This document shows, piece by piece, positions 45,901-61,299 of a stretch of 64,000 nt of DNA. The stretch spans positions 1-64,000 of the forward strand of contig CAXHJY010000161.1 in NCBI GenBank assembly GCA_964016885.1, in the 5' to 3' direction. The position numbers and the translations under genes are program-made. This DNA comes from Eledone cirrhosa (Eukaryota). Numbering within the stretch: the first letter of the stretch is position 1; the number at the start of each line of letters is the position of its first letter. The notes under the pieces were generated by a model, which saw only the letters and a list, made by a program, of their open reading frames with translations, searched no databases and had not been told where the DNA came from.

Positions 45901-48900
45901 AAACAACAACAACAACACTGGCACTGACAGAGAAAACAGCAACAACAACAACACTGGCACAGACACAGAAAACAGCAACAACAACAGTGGCACTGACACA
46001 GAAAACAGCAACAACTACAACAACACTGGCACTGACAGAGAAAACAGCAACAACAACAACACTGGCACTGACACAGAAAACAGAAACAACTACAACAACA
46101 CTGGCACTGACAGAGAAAGCAGCAACAACTACAACAACACTGGCACTGACAGAGAAAACAGCAACAGCAACAACACTGGCACTGACACAGAAAACAGCAA
46201 CAACTACAACAACACTGGCACTAACACAGAAAACAGCAACAACTACAACATCACTGGCACTGACAGAGAAAACAGCAACAGTAACAACACTGGCACTGAC
46301 AGTGAAAATAGCAACAACAACAACACTGGCACTGACACAGAAAACAGCAACAACAACAACACTGGCACTGACACAGAAAACAGCAACAACTACAACAACA
46401 CTGGCACTGACAGAGAAAACAGCAACAACAACAACACTGGCAATCACACAAAAAACAGCAACAACTACAACAACACTGGCACTGACAGAGAAAGCAGCAA
46501 CAACTACAACAACACTGGCACTGACACAGAAAACAGCAACAACTACAACAACACTGGCACTGACAGAGAAAACAGCAACAACTACAACAACACTGGCACT
46601 GACAGAGAAAACAGCAACAACAACAACACTGGCACTGATTAGAAAACAGCAACAACTACAACAACACTGGCACTGACAGAGAAAACAGCAACAACTACAA
46701 CAACACTGGCACTGACAGAGAAAACAGCAACAACTACAACAACACTGGCACTGACACAGTAAACAGCAACAACTACAACAACACTGGCACTGACACAGAA
46801 AACAGCAACAGCTACAACAACACTGGCACTGACAGAGAAAACAGCAACAACAACAACACTGGCACTGACACAGAAAACAGCAACAACTACAACAACACTG
46901 GCACTGACAGTGAAAATAGCAACAACAACACTGGCACTGACACAGAAAACAGCAACAACAACAACACTGGCACTGACACAGAAAACAGCAACAACAGCAA
47001 CAACACTGGCACTGACACAGAAAACAGCAACAATTACAACAACACTGGCACTGACAGAGAAAACAGCAACAACTACAACAACACTGGCACTGACACAGGA
47101 AACAGCAACAACTACAACAACACTGGCACTGACACAGAAAACAGCAACAATAACAACACTGGCACTGACAGAGAAAACAGCAACAACAACACTGGCACTG
47201 ACAGAGAAAACAGCAACAACAACAACACTGGCACAGACACAGAAAACAGAAACAACAACAGTGGCACTGACACAGAAAACAGCAACAACTACAACAACAC
47301 TGGCACTGACAGAGAGAACAGCAACAACAACAACACTGGCACTGACACAGAAAACAGCAACAACTACAACAACACTGGCACTGACAGAGAAAACAGCAAC
47401 AACTACAACAACACTGGCACTGCCAGAGAAAATTACAACAACTACAACAACACTGGCACTGACACAGAAAACAGCAACAACTACAACAACACTGGCACTG
47501 ACACAGAAAACAGCAACAGCTACAACACTGGCACTGACACAGAAAACAGCAACAACTACAACAACACTGGCACTGACAGTGAAAATAGCAACAACAACAC
47601 TGGCACTGACACAGAAAACAGCAACAACTACAAGAACACTGGCACTGACAGAGAAAACAGCAACAACTACAACAACACTGGCACTGACAGAGAAAACAGC
47701 AACAACTACAACAACACTGGCACTGACACAGAAAACAGCAACAACTACAACAACACTGGCACTGACACAGAAAACAGCAACAACTACAACAACACTGGCA
47801 CTGACAGAGAAAACAGCAACAACAACAACATTGGCATTGACACAGAAAACAGCAACAACTACAACAACACTGGCACTGACAGAGAAAACAGCAACAACTA
47901 CAACAACACTGGCACTGACAGAGAAAACAGCAACAACTACAACAACACTGGCACTGACACAGAAAACAGCAACAACTACAACAACACTGGCACTGACACA
48001 GAAAACAGCAACAACTACAACAACACTGGCACTGACACAGAAAACAGCAACAACAACACTGGCACTGACAGAGAAAACAGCAACAACAACAACACCGGCA
48101 CTGACACAGAAAACAGCAACAACAACAACACTGGCACTGACACAGAAAACAGCAACAACTACAACAACACTGGCACTGACAGAAAAAACAGCAACAACTA
48201 CAACAACACTGGCACTGACAGAGAAAACAGCAACATCAAAAACACTGGCACTGACACAGAAAACAGCAACAACTACAACAACACTGGCACGGAAAACAGC
48301 AACAACAGCAACAACAACACTGGCACTGACACAGAAAACAGCAACAACAACACTGGCACTGACACAGAAAACAGCAACAACAGCAACAATAACCGTGGCA
48401 CTGACAGAGAAAACAGCAACAACAGCAACAATAACACTGGCACTGGCACAGAAAACAGCAACAGCAACACTGGAACTGACACAGAAAACAGCAACAGTAA
48501 CAACAACAACACTGGCACTGACAAAGAAAACATCAACAACAACAACACTGGCACTGACACAGAAAACAAAAACAACAACAACACTGGCACTGACAGTGAA
48601 AATAGCAACAGCAACAACACTGGCACTGACAGTGAAAATAGCAACAGCAACAACACTGGCACTGACAGAGAAAACAGCAACAACAACACCGGCACTAACA
48701 CAGAAAACAGCAACAACAACAACACTGGCACTGACACAGAAAACAGCAAAAACTACAACAACACTGGCACTGACAGAGAAAACAGCAACAAGAACAGTGG
48801 CACTGACACAGAAAACAGCAACAACTACAACAACACTGGCACTGACAGAGAAAACAGCAACAACAACAACACTGGCACTGACACAGAAAACAGAAACAAC

Positions 48901-50190
48901 TACAACAACACTGGCACTGACAGAGAAAGCAGCAACAACTACAACAACACTGGCACTGACAGAGAAAACAGCAACAGCAACAACACTGGCACTGACACAG
49001 AAAACAGCAACAACTACAACAACACTGGCACTAACACAGAAAACAGCAACAACTACAACATCACTGGCACTGACAGAGAAAACAGCAACAGTAACAACAC
49101 TGGCACTGACAGTGAAACTAGCAACAACAACAACACTGGCACTGACACAGAAAACAGCAACAACAACAACACTGGCACTGACACAGAAAACAGCAACAAC
49201 TACAACAACACTGGCACTGACAGAGAAAACAGCAACAACAACAACACTGGCAATCACACAAAAAACAGCAACAACTACAACAACACTGGCACTGACAGAG
49301 AAAGCAGCAACAACTACAACAACACTGGCACTGACAGAGAAAACAGCAACAGCAACAACACTGGCACTGACACAGAAAACAGCAACAACTACAACAACAC
49401 TGGCACTAACACAGAAAACAGTAACAACTACAACATCACTGGCACTGACAGAGAAAACAGCAACAGCAACAACACTGGCACTGACAGTGAAAATAGCAAC
49501 AACAACAACACTAGCACTGACACAGAAAACAGCAACAACAACAACACTGGCACTGACACAGAAAACAGCAACAACTACAACAACACTGGCACTGACAGAA
49601 AAAAACAGCAACAACTACAACACTGGCACTGACAGAGAAAACAGCAGCAACAGCAACAACACTGGCACTGACAGAGAAAACAGCAACAACTACAACAACA
49701 CTGGCACTGACACAGAAAACAGCAACAACTACAACAACACTGGCACTGACAGAGAAAACAGCAACAACTACAACAACACTGGCACTGACAGAGAAAACAG
49801 CAACAACAACAACACTGGCACTGACTAGAAAACAGCAACAACTACAACAACACTGGCACTGACAGAGAAAACAGCAACAACTACAACAACACTGGCACTG
49901 ACAGAGAAAACAGCAACAACTACAACAACACTGGCACTGACACAGTAAACAGCAACAACTACAACAACACTGGCACTGACACAGAAAACAGCAACAGCTA
50001 CAACAACACTGGCACTGACAGAGAAAACAGCAACAACAACAACACTGGCACTGACACAGAAAACAGCAACAACTACAACAACACTGGCACTGACAGTGAA
50101 AATAGCAACAACAACACTGGCACTGACACAGAAAACAGCAACAACAACAACACTGGCACTGACACAGAAAACAGCAACAACAGCAACAAC
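42937..50190. repeat. Higher-order repeat copy B (about 7.0-7.2 kb, carries an internal 396-bp duplication)
   Basis: The offset to copy A changes from 6637 to 7033 after about 45.4-46.2 kb (gattag 39604/46637). ORFs 39877..42795 and 46910..49828 give identical 972-aa translations. Confidence 0.9.
45380..46170. repeat. 396-bp tandem duplication inside HOR copy B
   Basis: The variant series (gaaaacaac, ggcacagac, acagtggc, cagaaacaac, gaaagcagc) occurs twice, e.g. cagaaacaac at 45685 and 46081. The ORF is 440 aa here versus 308 aa in copies A and C (132 codons = 396 bp). Confidence 0.88.
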
Positions 50191-53100
50191 ACTGGCACTG
50201 ACAGAGAAAACAGCAACAACTACAACAACACTGGCACTGACAGAGAAAACAGCAACAACTACAACAACACTGGCACTGACAGAGAAAATAGCAACAACTA
50301 CAACAACACTGGCACTGACACAGAAAACAGCAACAACTACAACAACACTGGCACTGACACAGAAAACAGCAACAACAACAACACTGGCACTGACAGAGAA
50401 AACAGCAACAACAACAACACCGGCACTGACACAGAAAACAGCAACAACTACAACAACACTGGCACGGAAAACAGCAACAACAGCAACAACAACACTGGCA
50501 CTGACACAGAAAACAGCAACAACAGCAACAACAACACTGGCACTGACACAGAAAACAGCAACAACAGCAACAACAACCGTGGCACTGACACAGAAAACAG
50601 CAACAACAGCAACAATAACACTGGCACTGGCACAGAAAACAGCAACAGCAACACTGGAACTGACACAGAAAACAGCAACAGTAACAACAACAACACTGGC
50701 ACTGACACAGAAAACAGCAACAACAACAACACTGGCACTGACACAGAAAACAGCAGCAACAACAACACTGGCACTGACAGTGAAAATAGCAACAACAACA
50801 ACACTGGCACTGACAGAGAAAACAGCAACAACAACAACACTGGCACTGACACAGAAAACAGCAACAACTACAACAACACTGGCACTGACAGTGAAAATAG
50901 CAACAACATCACTGGCACTGACACGGAAAACAGCAACAACAACGACACTGGCACTGACACAGAAAACAGCAACAACAGCAACAACACTGGCACTGACACA
51001 GAAAACAGCAACAATTACAACAACACTGGCACTGACAGAGAAAACAGCAACAACTACAACAACACTAGCACTGACAGAGAAAACAGCAACAACAAAAACA
51101 CTGGCACTGACACAGAAAACAGCAACAACTACAACAACACTGGCACTGACAGAGAAAACGGCAACAACTACAACAACACTGGCACTGACAGAGAAAACAG
51201 CAACAACTACAACAACACTGGCACTGACAGAGAAAACAGCAACAACAACACTGGCACTGACACAGAAAACAGCAACAACTACAAGAACACTGGCACTGAC
51301 AGAGAAAACAGCAACAACTACAACAACACTGGCACTGACAGAGAAAACAGCAACAACTACAACAACACTGGCACTGACACAGAAAACAGCAACAACTACA
51401 ACAACACTGGCACTGACACAGAAAACAGCAACAACTACAACAACACTGGCACTGACAGAGAAAACAGCAACAACAACAACACTGGCATTGACACAGAAAA
51501 CAGCAACAACTACAACAACACTGGCACTGACAGAGAAAACAGCAACAACTACATCAACACTGGCACTGACAGAGAAAACAACAACAACTACAACAACACT
51601 GGCACTGACACAGAAAACAGCAACAACTACAACAACACTGGCACTGACACAGAAAACAGCAACAACAACACTGGCACTGACAGAGAAAACAGCAACAACA
51701 ACAACACCGGCACTGACACAGAAAACAGCAACAACTACAACAACACTGGCACTGACACAGAAAACAGCAAAAACTACAACAACACTGGCACTGACAGAGA
51801 AAACAGCAACAACAACAGTGGCACTGACACAGAAAACAGCAACAACTACAACAACACTGGCACTGACAGAGAAAACAGCAACAACAACAACACTGGCACT
51901 GACACAGAAAACAGCAACAACTACAACAACACTGGCACTGACAGAGAAAGCAGCAACAACTACAACAACACTGGCACTGACAGAGAAAACAGCAACAACA
52001 ACAACACTGGCACTGACACAGAAAACAGCAACAACTACAACAACAATGGCACTAACACAGAAAACAGCAACAACTACAACATCACTGGCACTGACAGAGA
52101 AAACAGCAACAGCAACAACACTGGCACTGACAGTGAAAATAGCAACAACAACAACACTGGCACTGACACAGAAAACAGCAACAACAACAACACTGGCACT
52201 GACACAGAAACAGCAACATCTACAACAACACTGGCACTGACAGAAAAAACAGCAACAACTACAACAACACTGGCACTGACAGAGAAAACAGCAACAACAA
52301 AAACACTGGCACTGACACAGAAAACAGCAACAACTACAACAACACTGGCACTGACAGAGAAAACAGCAACAACTACAACAACACTGGCAGTGACAGAGAA
52401 AACAGCAACAGCAACAACACTGGCACTGACACAGAAAACAGCAACAACAACAACACTGGCACTGACAGAGAAAACAGCAACAACAACACTGGCACTGACA
52501 GAGAAAACAGCAACAACAACAACACTGGCACTGACAGAGAAAACAACAACAACAACACTGGCACTGACAGAGAAAACAGCAACAACAACAACACTGGCAC
52601 AGACACAGAAAACAGCAACAACAACAGTGGCACTGACACAGAAAACAGCAACAACTACAACAACACTGGCACTGACAGAGAAAACAGCAACAACAACAAC
52701 ACTGGCACTGACACAGAAAACAGAAACAACTACAACAACACTGGCACTGACAGAGAAAGCAGCAACAACTACAACAACACTGGCACTGACAGAGAAAACA
52801 GCAACAGCAACAACACTGGCACTGACACAGAAAACAGCAACAACTACAACAACACTGGCACTAACACAGAAAACAGCAACAACTACAACATCACTGGCAC
52901 TGACAGAGAAAACAGCAACAGTAACAACACTGGCACTGACAGTGAAAATAGCAACAACAACAACACTGGCACTGACACAGAAAACAGCAACAACAACAAC
53001 ACTGGCACTGACACAGAAAACAGCAACAACTACAACAACACTGGCACTGACAGAGAAAACAGCAACAACAACAACACTGGCAATCACACAAAAAACAGCA

Positions 53101-56100
53101 ACAACTACAACAACACTGGCACTGACAGAGAAAGCAGCAACAACTACAACAACACTGGCACTGACACAGAAAACAGCAACAACTACAACAACACTGGCAC
53201 TGACAGAGAAAACAGCAACAACTACAACAACACTGGCACTGACAGAGAAAACAGCAACAACAACAACACTGGCACTGATTAGAAAACAGCAACAACTACA
53301 ACAACACTGGCACTGACAGAGAAAACAGCAACAACTACAACAACACTGGCACTGACAGAGAAAACAGCAACAACTACAACAACACTGGCACTGACACAGT
53401 AAACAGCAACAACTACAACAACACTGGCACTGACACAGAAAACAGCAACAGCTACAACAACACTGGCACTGACAGAGAAAACAGCAACAACAACAACACT
53501 GGCACTGACACAGAAAACAGCAACAACTACAACAACACTGGCACTGACAGTGAAAATAGCAACAACAACACTGGCACTGACACAGAAAACAGCAACAACA
53601 ACAACACTGGCACTGACACAGAAAACAGCAACAACAGCAACAACACTGGCACTGACACAGAAAACAGCAACAATTACAACAACACTGGCACTGACAGAGA
53701 AAACAGCAACAACTACAACAACACTGGCACTGACACCGGAAACAGCAACAACTACAACAACACTGGCACTGACACAGAAAACAGCAACAATAACAACACT
53801 GGCACTGACAGAGAAAACAGCAACAACAACACTGGCACTGACAGAGAAAACAGCAACAACAACAACACTGGCACAGACACAGAAAACAGAAACAACAACA
53901 GTGGCACTGACACAGAAAACAGCAACAACTACAACAACACTGGCACTGACAGAGAGAACAGCAACAACAACAACACTGGCACTGACACAGAAAACAGCAA
54001 CAACTACAACAACACTGGCACTGACAGAGAAAACAGCAACAACTACAACAACACTGGCACTGCCTGAGAAAATTACAACAACTACAACAACACTGGCACT
54101 GACACAGAAAACAGCAACAACTACAACAACACTGGCACTGACACAGAAAACAGCAACAGCTACAACACTGGCACTGACACAGAAAACAGCAACAACTACA
54201 ACAACACTGGCACTGACAGTGAAAATAGCAACAACAACACTGGCACTGACACAGAAAACAGCAACAACTACAAGAACACTGGCACTGACAGAGAAAACAG
54301 CAACAACTACAACAACACTGGCACTGACAGAGAAAACAGCAACAACTACAACAACACTGGCACTGACACAGAAAACAGCAACAACTACAACAACACTGGC
54401 ACTGACACAGAAAACAGCAACAACTACAACAACACTGGCACTGACAGAGAAAACAGCAACAACAACAACATTGGCATTGACACAGAAAACAGCAACAACT
54501 ACAACAACACTGGCACTGACAGAGAAAACAGCAACAACTACAACAACACTGGCACTGACAGAGAAAACAGCAACAACTACAACAACACTGGCACTGACAC
54601 AGAAAACAGCAACAACTACAACAACACTGGCACTGACACAGAAAACAGCAACAACTACAACAACACTGGCACTGACACAGAAAACAGCAACAACAACACT
54701 GGCACTGACAGAGAAAACAGCAACAACAACAACACCGGCACTGACACAGAAAACAGCAACAACAACAACACTGGCACTGACACAGAAAACAGCAACAACT
54801 ACAACAACACTGGCACTGACAGAAAAAACAGCAACAACTACAACAACACTGGCACTGACAGAGAAAACAGCAACATCAAAAACACTGGCACTGACACAGA
54901 AAACAGCAACAACTACAACAACACTGGCACGGAAAACAGCAACAACAGCAACAACAACACTGGCACTGACACAGAAAACAGCAACAACAACACTGGCACT
55001 GACACAGAAAACAGCAACAACAGCAACAATAACCGTGGCACTGACAGAGAAAACAGCAACAACAGCAACAATAACACTGGCACTGGCACAGAAAACAGCA
55101 ACAGCAACACTGGAACTGACACAGAAAACAGCAACAGTAACAACAACAACACTGGCACTGACAAAGAAAACATCAACAACAACAACACTGGCACTGACAC
55201 AGAAAACAAAAACAACAACAACACTGGCACTGACAGTGAAAATAGCAACAGCAACAACACTGGCACTGACAGTGAAAATAGCAACAGCAACAACACTGGC
55301 ACTGACAGAGAAAACAGCAACAACAACACCGGCACTGACACAGAAAACAGCAACAACAACAACACTGGCACTGACACAGAAAACAGCAAAAACTACAACA
55401 ACACTGGCACTGACAGAGAAAACAGCAACAAGAACAGTGGCACTGACACAGAAAACAGCAACAACTACAACAACACTGGCACTGACAGAGAAAACAGCAA
55501 CAACAACAACACTGGCACTGACACAGAAAACAGAAACAACTACAACAACACTGGCACTGACAGAGAAAGCAGCAACAACTACAACAACACTGGCACTGAC
55601 AGAGAAAACAGCAACAGCAACAACACTGGCACTGACACAGAAAACAGCAACAACTACAACAACACTGGCACTAACACAGAAAACAGCAACAACTACAACA
55701 TCACTGGCACTGACAGAGAAAACAGCAACAGTAACAACACTGGCACTGACAGTGAAACTAGCAACAACAACAACACTGGCACTGACACAGAAAACAGCAA
55801 CAACAACAACACTGGCACTGACACAGAAAACAGCAACAACTACAACAACACTGGCACTGACAGAGAAAACAGCAACAACAACAACACTGGCAATCACACA
55901 AAAAACAGCAACAACTACAACAACACTGGCACTGACAGAGAAAGCAGCAACAACTACAACAACACTGGCACTGACAGAGAAAACAGCAACAGCAACAACA
56001 CTGGCACTGACACAGAAAACAGCAACAACTACAACAACACTGGCACTAACACAGAAAACAGTAACAACTACAACATCACTGGCACTGACAGAGAAAACAG

Positions 56101-56760
56101 CAACAGCAACAACACTGGCACTGACAGTGAAAATAGCAACAACAACAACACTAGCACTGACACAGAAAACAGCAACAACTACAACACTGGCACTGACAGA
56201 GAAAACAGCAGCAACAGCAACAACACTGGCACTGACAGAGAAAACAGCAACAACTACAACAACACTGGCACTGACACAGAAAACAGCAACAACTACAACA
56301 ACACTGGCACTGACAGGGAAAACAGCAACAACTACAACAACACTGGCACTGACAGAGAAAACAGCAACAACAACAACACTGGCACTGACTAGAAAACAGC
56401 AACAACTACAACAACACTGGCACTGACAGAGAAAACAGCAACAACTACAACAACACTGGCACTGACAGAGAAAACAGCAACAACTACAACAACACTGGCA
56501 CTGACACAGTAAACAGCAACAACTACAACAACACTGGCACTGACACAGAAAACAGCAACAGCTACAACAACACTGGCACTGACAGAGAAAACAGCAACAA
56601 CAACAACACTGGCACTGACACAGAAAACAGCAACAACTACAACAACACTGGCACTGACAGTGAAAATAGCAACAACAACACTGGCACTGACACAGAAAAC
56701 AGCAACAACAACAACACTGGCACTGACACAGAAAACAGCAACAACAGCAACAACACTGGC
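50191..56760. repeat. Higher-order repeat copy C (about 6.6 kb)
   Basis: Markers recur at +7030 (ggcacgg 43431/50461), +6640 (gattag 46637/53277) and +6564 after a 76-bp deletion near 56170 (TAG of gactag 49826/56390; TAA 49946/56510). Confidence 0.88.
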
Positions 56761-59700
56761 ACTGACACAGAAAACAGCAACAATTACAACAACACTGGCA
56801 CTGACAGAGAAAACAGCAACAACTACAACAACACTGGCACTGACACAGGAAACAGCAACAACTACAACAACACTGGCACTGACACAGAAAACAGCAACAA
56901 TAACAACACTGGCACTGACAGAGAAAACAGCAACAACAACACTGGCACTGACAGAGAAAACAGCAACAACAACAACACTGGCACAGACACAGAAAACAGC
57001 AACAACAACAGTGGCACTGACACAGAAAACAGCAACAACTACAACAACACTGGCACTGACAGAGAGAACAGCAACAACAACAACACTGGCACTGACACAG
57101 AAAACAGCAACAACTACAACAACACTGGCACTGACAGAGAAAACAGCAACAACTACAACAACACTGGCACTGACAGAGAAAACAGCAACAACAAAAACAC
57201 TGGCACTGACACAGAAAACAGCAACAACTACAACAACACTGGCACTGACAGAGAAAACGGCAACAACTACAACAACACTGGCACTGACAGAGAAAACAGC
57301 AACAACTACAACAACACTGGCACTGACAGAGAAAACAGCAACAACAACACTGGCACTGACACAGAAAACAGCAACAACTACAAGAACACTGGCACTGACA
57401 GAGAAAACAGCAACAACTACAACAACACTGGCACTGACAGAGAAAACAGCAACAACTACAACAACACTGGCACTGACACAGAAAACAGCAACAACTACAA
57501 CAACACTGGCACTGACACAGAAAACAGCAACAACTACAACAACACTGGCACTGACAGAGAAAACAGCAACAACAACAACACTGGCATTGACACAGAAAAC
57601 AGCAACAACTACAACAACACTGACACTGACAGAGAAAACAGCAACAACTACAACAACACTGGCACTGACACAGAAAACAGCAACAACTACAACAACACTG
57701 GCACTGACACAGAAAACAGCAACAACTACAACAACACTGGCACTGACAGAGAAAACAGCAACAACTACAACAACACTGGCACTGACACAGAAAACAGCAA
57801 CATCAACACTGGCACTGACAGAGAAAACAGCAACAACAACAACACCGGCACTGACACAGAAAACAGCAACAACTACAACAACACTGGCACTGACACAGAA
57901 AACAGCAACAACAACACTGGCACTGACACAGAAAACAGCAACAACAGCAACAATAACCGTGGCACTGACACAGAAAACAGCAACAACAGCAACAATAACA
58001 CTGGCACTGGCACAGAAAACAGCAACAGCAACACTGGAACTGACACAGAAAACAGCAACAGTAACAACAACAACACTGGCACTGACAAAGAAAACAGCAA
58101 CAACAACAACACTGGCACTGACACAGAAAACAAAAACAACAACAACACTGGCACTGACAGTGAAAATAGCAACAGCAACAACACTGGCACTGACAGAGAA
58201 AACAGCAACAACAACAACACTGGCACTGACACAGAAAACAGCAAAAACTACAACAACACTGGCACTGACACAGAAAACAGCAACAACTACAACAACACTG
58301 GCACTGACTGAGAAAACAGCAACAACAACAACACTGGCACTGACACAGAAAACAGCAACAACTACAACAACACTGGCACTGACAGAGAAAGCAGCAACAA
58401 CTACAACAACACTGGCACTGACAGAGAAAACAGCAACAGCAACAACACTGGCACTGACACAGAAAACAGCAACAACTACAACAACACTGGCACTAACACA
58501 GAAAACAGCAACAACTACAACATCACTGGCACTGACAGAGAAAACAGCAACAGCAACAACACTGGCACTGACAGTGAAAATAGCAACAACAACACTGGCA
58601 CTGACACAGAAAACAGCAACAACAACAACACTGGCACTGACACAGAAAACAGCAACAACTACAACAAAACTGGCACTGACAGTAAAAACAGCAACAACTA
58701 CAACACTGGCACTGACAGAGAAAACAGCAGCAACAACAACAACACTGGCACTGACAGAGAAAACAGCAACAACTACAACAACACTGGCACTGACAGAGAA
58801 AACAGCAACAACAACAACACTGGCACTGACACAGAAAACAGCAACAACTACAACAACACTGGCACTGACAGAGAAAACAGCAACAACTACAACAAGACTG
58901 GCACTGACTGAGAAAGCAGCAACAACAACAACAAAACTGGCACTGACACAGTAAACAGCAACAACTACAACAACACTGGCACTGACACAGAAAACAGCAA
59001 CAGCTACAACAATACTGGCACTGACAGAGAAAACAGCAACAACTACAACAACACTGGCACTGACAGTGAAAATAGCAACAACAACACTGGCACTGACACA
59101 GAAAACAGCAACAACAACAACACTGGCACTGACACAGAAAACAGCAACAACAGCAACAACACTGGCACTGACACAGAAAACAGCAACAATTACAACAACA
59201 CTGGCACTGACACGAAAACAGCAACAACTACAACAACACTGGCACTGACACAGAAAACAGCAACAACAGCAACAACACTGGCACTGACACAGAAAACAGC
59301 AACAATTACAACAACACTGGCACTGACAGAAAAAACAGCAACAACTACAACAACACTGGCACTGACACAGAAAACAGCAACAACTACAACAACATTGGCA
59401 CTGACACAGAAAACAGCAACAACAACAACACTGGCACTGACGGAGAAAACAGCAACAACAACACTGGCACTAACAGAGAAAACAGCAACAACAACAACAC
59501 TGGCACAGACACAGAAAACAGCAACAACAACAGTGGCACTGACACAGAAAACAGCAACAACAACAACACTGGCACTGACAGAGAAAACAGCAACAACAAC
59601 AACACTGGCACTGACACAGAAAACAGCAACAACTACAACAACACTGGCACTGACAGAGAAAACAGCAACAACTACAACAACACTGGCACTGACAGAGAAA

Positions 59701-61299
59701 ACAGCAACAACTACAACAACACTGGCACTGACACAGAAAACAGCAACAACTACAATAACACTGGCACTGACACAGAAAACAGCAACAGCTACAACAACAC
59801 TGGCACTGACAGAGAAAACAGCAACAACAACAACACTGGCACTGACACAGAAAACAGCAACAACTACAACAACACTGGCACTGACAGTGAAAATAGCAAC
59901 AACAACACTGGCACTGACCCAGAAAACAGCAACAACAACAACACTGGCACTGACACAGAAAACAGCAACAACAGCAACAACACTGGCACTGACACAGAAA
60001 ACAGCAACAATTACAACAACACTGGCACTGACAGAGAAAACAGCAACAACTACAACAACACTGGCACTGACAGAGAAAACAGCAACAACAAAAACACTGG
60101 CACTGACACAGAAACAGCAACAACTACAACAACACTGGCACTGACATAGAAAACAGCAACAGCAACAACACTGGCACTGACACAGAAAACAGCAACAAAA
60201 ACAACACTGGCACTGATAGAGAAAACAGCAACAACAACACTGGCACTGACAGAGAAAACAGCAACAACAACAACACTGGCACTGACAGCGAAAACAGCAA
60301 CAACAACACTGGCACTGACAGAGAAAACAGCAACAACAACAACAGTGGCACAGACACAGAAAACAGCAACAACAACAGTGGCACTGACACAGAAAACAGC
60401 AACAACTAGAACAACACTGGCACTGACAGAGAAAACAGCAACAACAACAACACTGGCACTGACACAGAAAACAGAAACAACTACAACAACACTGGCACTG
60501 ACAGAGAAAGCAGCAACAACTACAACAACACTGGCACTGACAGAGAAAACAGCAACAGCAACAACACTGGCACTGACACAGAAAACAGCAACAACTACAA
60601 CAACACTGGCACTAACACAGAAAACAGCAACAACTACAACATCACTGGCACTGACAGAGAAAACAGCAACAGCAACACTGGCACTGACACACAAAACAGC
60701 AACAACGACAACAACACTGGCACTGACAGAGAAAACAGCAACAACTACAACACTGGCACTGACAGACAAAACAGCAACAACAACAACAACACTGGCACTG
60801 ACAGAGAAAACAGCAACAACTACCACAACACTGGCACTGACACAGAAAACAGCAACAACTACAACAACACTGGCACTGTCAGAGAAAACAGCAACAACTA
60901 CAACAACACTGGCACTGACACAGAAAACAGCAACAACAACACTGGCACTGACACAGAAAACAGCAACAACTACAACAACACTGGCACTGACAGAGAAAAC
61001 AGCAACAACTACAACAACACTGGCACTGACAGAGAAAACAGCAACAACTACAACAACACTGGCACTGACACAGAAAACAGCAACAACTACAACAACACTG
61101 GCACTGACACAGAAAACAGCAACAACTACAACAACACTGGCACTGACAGAGAAAACAGCAACAACTACAACAACACTGGCACTGACAGGGAAAACAGCAA
61201 AACTACAACAACACTGGCACTGACACAGAAAACAGCAACAACAGCAGCAACAACACTGGCACTGACACAGAAAACAGCAACAACAACACTGGCACTGAC

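Noticed and set aside
1139-61223. Thr-rich + strand ORFs as a family of mucin or adhesin genes
   Set aside because: All start at GTG or TTG variants inside the repeat and end at a shared TAA variant or a frameshift. There is no signal peptide, unique domain, intergenic DNA or regulatory sequence, and the stops and frameshifts were co-amplified with the repeat.
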